Source: the human T2T-CHM13v2.0 reference genome, Homo sapiens
Direction: 5' to 3' (one strand)
Assembly: GCF_009914755.1 (NCBI RefSeq)
Contig: NC_060933.1
DNA: 64,000 bases
Shown: positions 58,061 through 64,000 of the stretch, piece by piece
Layout of the letters: the number at the start of each line of letters is the position of its first letter
How positions within the stretch are numbered: the first letter of the stretch is position 1
Notes under the pieces: model-generated
What the model was told of the DNA's origin: nothing
The model's database searches: none
Seen by the model: the letters and a program-made list of their open reading frames with translations, nothing else
Translations under genes and position numbers: made by a program

Positions 58061-61000
58061 ATTCCGTTCCGTTCCATTCCATTCCATTCCATTCTATTCG
58101 GGTTAATTCCATTCCATTCCATTCGATTGCAATCGAGTTGATTCCATTCCATTCCATTCCATTCCATTCCATTCCATTCCTTTCCATTCCATTACGGATG
58201 ATTCCATTCCATTGCATTCCATTCCATTCCATTCCCCTGTACTCGGGTTGATTCCATTCCATTCCATTCCAATCCATGCCATTCCACTCGTGTTGATTCC
58301 ATTCTTTCCATTCCATTCAAGTTGAATCCATTCCATTGCATTCCATTCCATTCCATTCCCCTGCAGTCGGGTTGTTTCCATTCCATTCCATTCTGTTCCG
58401 TTCCGTTCCATTCCATTCCATTACATTGAATTCAGGTTAATTCCATTCCATTCCATTCCATTCCATTCCATTCCATTACATTACAATCGAGTTGATTCCA
58501 TTCCATTTCATTCCATTCCAGTCCTTTCCATTGCATTCCTCTCGGGTTGATTCCATTCTATTTGTTTCCATTCCATTCCATTCCCTTCCATTCCTCTCTG
58601 CTTGATTCCATTCCTTTCCATTCCACTCGAATACATTCCCTCCTATTCCACTCGGAACGATTCCATTCCATTCCATTCCATTCTATTCCATTCCATTCCA
58701 TTCCATTTCGGTCCATTCCATTCTATTCCGTATCATTCCATTCCATTCCATTCCATTCCATTCCATTCCATTCCATTCCATTCCATTCCATTGTACTCGG
58801 GTTGATTCAATTCCATTGCATTCCATTCCATTCCATTCCATTCCATTCCATTCCGTTGCATTCCATTCCATTACATTCGGATTGATTCTATTCAACTCCC
58901 TTACTCTCCATTACATTCCATTCCATTCGGGTTGTTCCATTCCATTCCATTCCATTCCACCCCATTCCATGGCGCTCGGGTTGATTCCATTCCATTCCAT
59001 TCCATTCCAATCCATTCCATTCCATTCCATTCCGGATGATTCCATTCCATTTCATTCCGTTCCATTACATTCCCCTGCACTCGGGTTGATTCCATTCCAT
59101 TCCATTCCATTCCATTCGATTCCATTCCATTCAAATTCTTTCCATTCCATTCTATTCCGTACCATTCCATTCCATTCCATACAATTCCATTCCATTCCAT
59201 TCCACTCCGTTCCGTTCCGTTCCATTCTGTTCCGTTCCATTCCATTCCATTGTACTCGGGTTGATTCCATTCCATTTCATTCCATTCCATTCCATTCCAT
59301 TCCGTTCCATTGCATTCCATTACATTCGGATTGATTCTTTTCAACTCCCTTACTCTCCATTACATTCCATTCCATTCGGGTTGTTCCATTCCATTCCATT
59401 CCATTCCACTCCATTCCATGGCACTCGGGTTGATTCCATTCCATTCCATTCCATTCCATTCCATTCCATTCCATTCCGGAAGATTCCATTCCATTGCATT
59501 CCATTCCATTCCATTCCCCTGCACTCGCGTTGATTCCATTCCATTCCATTCTATTCCATTCCATTCCCTTCCTTTCCGTTCCATTCCATTCCATTCCATT
59601 CCATTCCATTCCGTTCCGTTCCATTCCATTCCATTCCATTCTATTCGGGTTAATTCCATTCCATTCCATTCTATTGCAATCGGGTTGATTCCATTCCATT
59701 CCATTCCATTCCATTCCATTCCATTCCTTTCCATTCCATTACGGATGATTCCATTGCATTGCATTCCATTCCATTCCATTCCCCTTTACTCGGGTTGATT
59801 CCATTCCATTCCATTCCAATCCATGCCATTCCACTCGTGTTGATTCCATTCTTTCCATTCCATTCAAGTTGAATCCATTCCATTGCATTCCATTCCATTC
59901 GATTCCATTCGATTGCACTCGGGTTGATTCCATTCCATTGCATTCCATTCCATTCCATTCCATTCCATTCCGTTCCATTCCATTCCATTACATTCGGATT
60001 GATTCTATTCGATTCCCTTACACTCCATTACATTCCATTCCATTTGGGTATTTTCCATTCCATTCCATTCCATTCCTCTCCATTCCATTGCACTCGGGTT
60101 GATTCCATTCCATTGCATTCCATTCCATTCCATTCAATTCCATTCCGTTCCATTCCATTCCATTTCATTCGGATTGATTCTATTCAACTCCCTTACTCTC
60201 CATTACATTCCATTCCATTCGGGTTGTTCCATTCCATTCCATTCCATTCCACTCCATTCCATTGCACTCGGGTTTATTCCATTCCATTCCATTCCATTCC
60301 ATTCCATTCCATTCCGGAAGATTCCATTCCATTGCATTCCATTCCATTCCATTCCCCTGCACTCGCGTTGATTCCTTTCCATTCCATTCCATTCCATTCC
60401 ATTCCATTCCATTCCTTTCCGTTCCATTCTATTCCATTCCATTCCATTCCAATCCATTCCATTCCGTTCCGTTCCGTTCCATTCCATTCCATTCCATTCT
60501 ATTCGGGTTAATTCCATTCCATTCCATTCGATTGCAATCGAGTTGATTCCATTCCATTCCATTCCATTCCATTCCATTACATTCCATTCCTTTCCATTCC
60601 ATTACGGATGATTCCATTCCATTGCATTCCATTCCATTCCATTGCCCTGTACTCGGGTTGATTCCATTCCATTCCATTCCAATTCCTGCCATTCCACTCG
60701 TGTTGATTCCATTCTTTCCATTCCATTCAAGTTGAATCCATTCCATTGCATTGCATTCCATTCCAATCCCCTGCAGTCGGGTTGTTTCCATTCCATTCCA
60801 TTCCATTCCATTCCATTCTATTCCATTCCTTTCCATTCCATTCCAGTCCATTCCATTCTATTCGGGTTAATTCCATTCCATTCCATTCCATTCCATTCCA
60901 TTCCAATCGAGTTGATTCCATTCCATTCCATTCCATTCCATTCCACTCCATTCCAGTCCTTTCCATTCCATTCCACTTGGGTTGATCCCAATGTATTCCT

Positions 61001-64000
61001 TTTCTTTCCATTCCATTCCATTGCAATCGAGTTGATTCCATTGCTTTGCATTCCATTCCATTCCATTCCATTCCGGATGATTCCATTCCATTGCATTCCA
61101 TTCCATTCCATTCCCCTGCACTCGGGTTGATTCCATTCCATTCCACTCAATTCCGTTCCATTCCATTCCATTGCATTGTATTCTGGTTAATTCCATTCCA
61201 TTCCATTCCATTCCATTCCATTCCATTCCATTACAATCGAGTTGATTCCATTCCATTCCATTCCATTCCAGTCCTTTCCATTCCATTCCTCTCGGGTTGA
61301 TTCCATTCTATTAGTTTCCATTCCATTCCATTCCCTTCCATTCCACTCTGGTTGATTCCATTCCTTTCCATTCCACTCGAATACATTCCCTCCTATTCCA
61401 CTCGGAACGATTCCATTCCATTCCATTCCATTCCATTTCGTTCCATTCCATTCTATTTCGTATCATTTCATTCCATTCCATTCCATTCCATTCCGTTCCA
61501 TTCCATTCCATTGTACTCGGGTTGATTCAATTCCATTGCATTCCATTCCATTCCATTCCATTCCATTCCATTCCACACCATTCCATTGCACTCGGGTTGA
61601 TTCCATTGCATTCCATTCCATTCCATTCCATTCCGGATGATTCCATTCCATTGCCTTCCGTTCCATTACATTCCCCTGCACTCGCGTTGATTCCATTCCA
61701 TTCCATTCCATTCCATTCAATTCCATTCCATTACAATTCGTTCCATTCCATTCTATTCCGTACCATTCCATTCCATTCCATTCCATACCATTCCATTCCA
61801 TTCCATTCCATTCCATTCCATTCCGTTCCATTCCGTTCAATTCCATTCCATTCCATTCCATTCTATTTGAATTAATTCCATTCCATTCCATTCCATTCCA
61901 TTCTATTCCATTCCATTGCAATCGAGTTGAGTCCATTGCATTTCATTCCATTCCATTCCATTCCATTCCATTCCGGAAGATTCCATTCCATTGCATTCCA
62001 TTACATTCGATTCCCCTGCACTCGCGTTGATTCCATTCCATTCCATTCCATTCCATTCCGGATGATTCCATTCCATTGAATTCCATTCCATTCCATTCCC
62101 CTGCACTTGGGTTGATTCCATTCCATTACATTCCATTCCTTTCTGTTCCATTCCATTCCATTCCATTCCATTCTATTCGTGTTAATTCCATTCCATTCTA
62201 TTCCATTCCATTCCATTGAAATGGAGTTGATTCCATTCCATTCCATTACATTCAATTCCATTACATTCCATTCCATTCCATTACATTCCATTCCGGATGA
62301 TTCCATTCCATTGCATTCCATTCCATTCCATTCCCCTGCACTCGGGTTGATTCCATTCCATTCCATTCCATTACATTACATTACATTCCGTTCCATTTCA
62401 TTCTATTCGTGTTAATTCCATTCCATTCCATTCCACTCCATTCCAGTCCTTTCCATTCAATTCCACTCGGGTTGACTCCATTCTATTCCTTTCAATTCCA
62501 TTCCATTCCATTGCAATCGAGTTGATTCCATTCGAGTTGAATCCATTCCATTCCATTCCATTCTATTCCATTGTACACGGGTTCATTCCATTCCATTCCA
62601 TTCCATTCCATTCCATTCCATTTCATTGTATTCCATTCTATTCCATACCATTCCATTCCATCCCATTCCATTCCGTTCCATTCCATGCCATTACACTCGG
62701 GTTGATTCCATTCCTTTCCATTCCATTCTTGTTGAATACATACCATTCCATTCCATTCCATTCGAATCCATTCCATTGCACTCGGGTTGATTCCATTCCA
62801 TTCCATTCCATTCCATTTCATTCCATTCCATTCCATTACATTCGGATTGATTCTATTCAATTCCCTTACACACCATTACATTCCATTTCATTCGGGATGT
62901 TTCCATTCCATTCCATTCCATTCCACTCCATTCCATTGCATCAGGTTGATTGCATTCCATTCCATTCCATTCCATTCCGGATGATTCCATTCCATTGCAT
63001 TCCATTCCATTCCATTCCCCTGCACTCGGGTTGATTCCATTCCATTCCATTCCATTCCATTCCATTCCGTTCCATTCCATTCCATTCCATTCTATTCCGG
63101 TTAATTCCATTCCATTCCATTCGATTAAATTCCATTCCATTCCATTCCATTGCAATCGAGTTGATTCCATTCCATTCCAGTCCATTCCATTCCGGATGAT
63201 TCCATTCCATTCCATTCCATTCCCCTGTAGTCGGGTTGATTCCATTCCATTCCATTCCATTCCATTCTATTCCGTTCAATTCCATTCCTTTCCATTCTAT
63301 TCGGGTTAATTCCATTGCATTCCATTCCATTCCATTCCATTCCATTCCAATCGAGTTGATTCCATTCCATTCCGTTCCATTCCATTCCATTCTTTTGCAT
63401 TCCATTGCAATCGAGTTGAATCCATTGCCTTTCATTCCATTCCATTCCATTCCATTCCATTCCGGAAGATTCCATTCCATTGCATTCCATTCCATTCCAT
63501 TCCCCTGCACTCGCGTTGATTCCATTCCATTCCATTCCATTCCATTCCGTTCCGTTCCATTCCATTCCATTCCATTCCGTTCCGTTCCATTCCATTCCAT
63601 TCCATTCTATTCGGGTTGATTCCATTCCATTCCATTCGACTGCCATCGAGTTGATTCCATTCCATTCCATTCCATTCCATTCCATTCCATTCCATTCCAT
63701 TCCATTCCTTTCCATTCCATTACGGATGACTCCATTCCATTGCATTCCATTCCATTCCATTCCCCTGTACTCGGGTTGATTCCATTCCATTCCATTCCAC
63801 TCCATTCTGTTCCGTTGCATTCCATTCTATTGCATTCCATTCTATTCGGGTTAATTCCATTCCATTCTATTCCATTCCATTCCATTCCGTTCCATTCCAT
63901 TGCAATGGAGTTGATTCCATTCCATTCCATTCCATTCCGGAAGATTCCATTCCATTGCTTTCCATTCCATTCCATTCCCCTGCATTCGCGTTGATTCCAT
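58056..64000. repeat. Large recent duplication B, copy 2 (runs off window end)
   Basis: Collinear near-identity with 28172-34111 up to the last base (..cccctgcattcgcgttgattccat). Confidence 0.95.

Larger units (their letters stand above)
1..64000. repeat. Human satellite III (HSat3) pericentromeric tandem array, (CATTC)n on + / (GGAAT)n on -
   Basis: ATTCC pentamer runs continuously across the window, interspersed with ACTCGGGTTG/ATTCGGGTTA-type decamers (reverse complement CAACCCGAGT), the classical SatIII signature. It lacks the CATTCGATGAT-dominated pattern of HSat2. The array runs off both ends. Confidence 0.98.

Noticed and set aside
1-64000. Hundreds of ORFs, up to 402 aa (e.g. 49822-51030, 42507-43694, 22408-23511)
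   Set aside because: (ATTCC)n and (GGAAT)n lack stop codons in all frames, so they give IPFHS and MEWNG repeats in all six frames. There is no domain, frame preference or gene structure. Repeat-derived peptides cannot be excluded, but nothing in the sequence supports them.
1-64000. CRISPR-like repeat/spacer appearance of conserved decamers separated by variable tracts
   Set aside because: The 'spacers' are pentamer runs rather than unique sequence, there are no cas genes, and the context is a eukaryotic satellite.
1-64000. HSat2 or Y-chromosome DYZ1 identity
   Set aside because: The CATTCGATGAT-rich HSat2 pattern is lacking, ACTCGGGTTG decamers are abundant, and there is no regular 3.56-kb homogeneous period.
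1-64000. Inversions, or embedded Alu/L1/alpha-satellite/unique islands
   Set aside because: I saw no GGAAT run on the + strand and no non-satellite stretch longer than about 30 bp.
1-64000. Telomeric repeats or canonical G-quadruplexes (GGGTTA/GGGTTG/CCCCTG)
   Set aside because: G/C tracts are isolated, tens of bases apart and not tandem; GGGTTA is part of the SatIII decamer.

Overview
The whole 64-kb window is human-type classical satellite III (HSat3). It is an uninterrupted, single-orientation (CATTC)n/(GGAAT)n array with the C-rich strand on +, punctuated by the diagnostic decamer A[C/T]TCGGGTTG and its variants. I see no genes, RNA genes, transposons or CRISPR arrays, and all ORFs are pentamer artefacts (IPFHS/MEWNG). 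A ~150-bp module matches my recollection of the chromosome 9q12 SatIII probe pHuR98, which suggests the heat-shock/nuclear-stress-body array; this needs a BLAST check. The informative content is structural and regulatory. (i) About 37 perfect three-unit heat-shock elements (aTTCc gGAAg aTTCc) arise from a single GGAAG pentamer variant, nearly all with a central CpG. (ii) There is a very recent ~27.4-kb-offset duplication (17.5-28.3 kb vs 44.9-55.7 kb) that continues at ~29.9-kb offset (28.2-34.1 kb vs 58.1-64 kb), separated by a 2,465-bp homology-flanked indel. (iii) A 2-kb block is present in three near-identical copies plus one older copy. (iv) A degenerate ~3-4-kb ancestral unit is built from a small vocabulary of reshuffled modules. 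All coordinates and counts were read by eye, helped by the ORF track, and should be confirmed by self-alignment.
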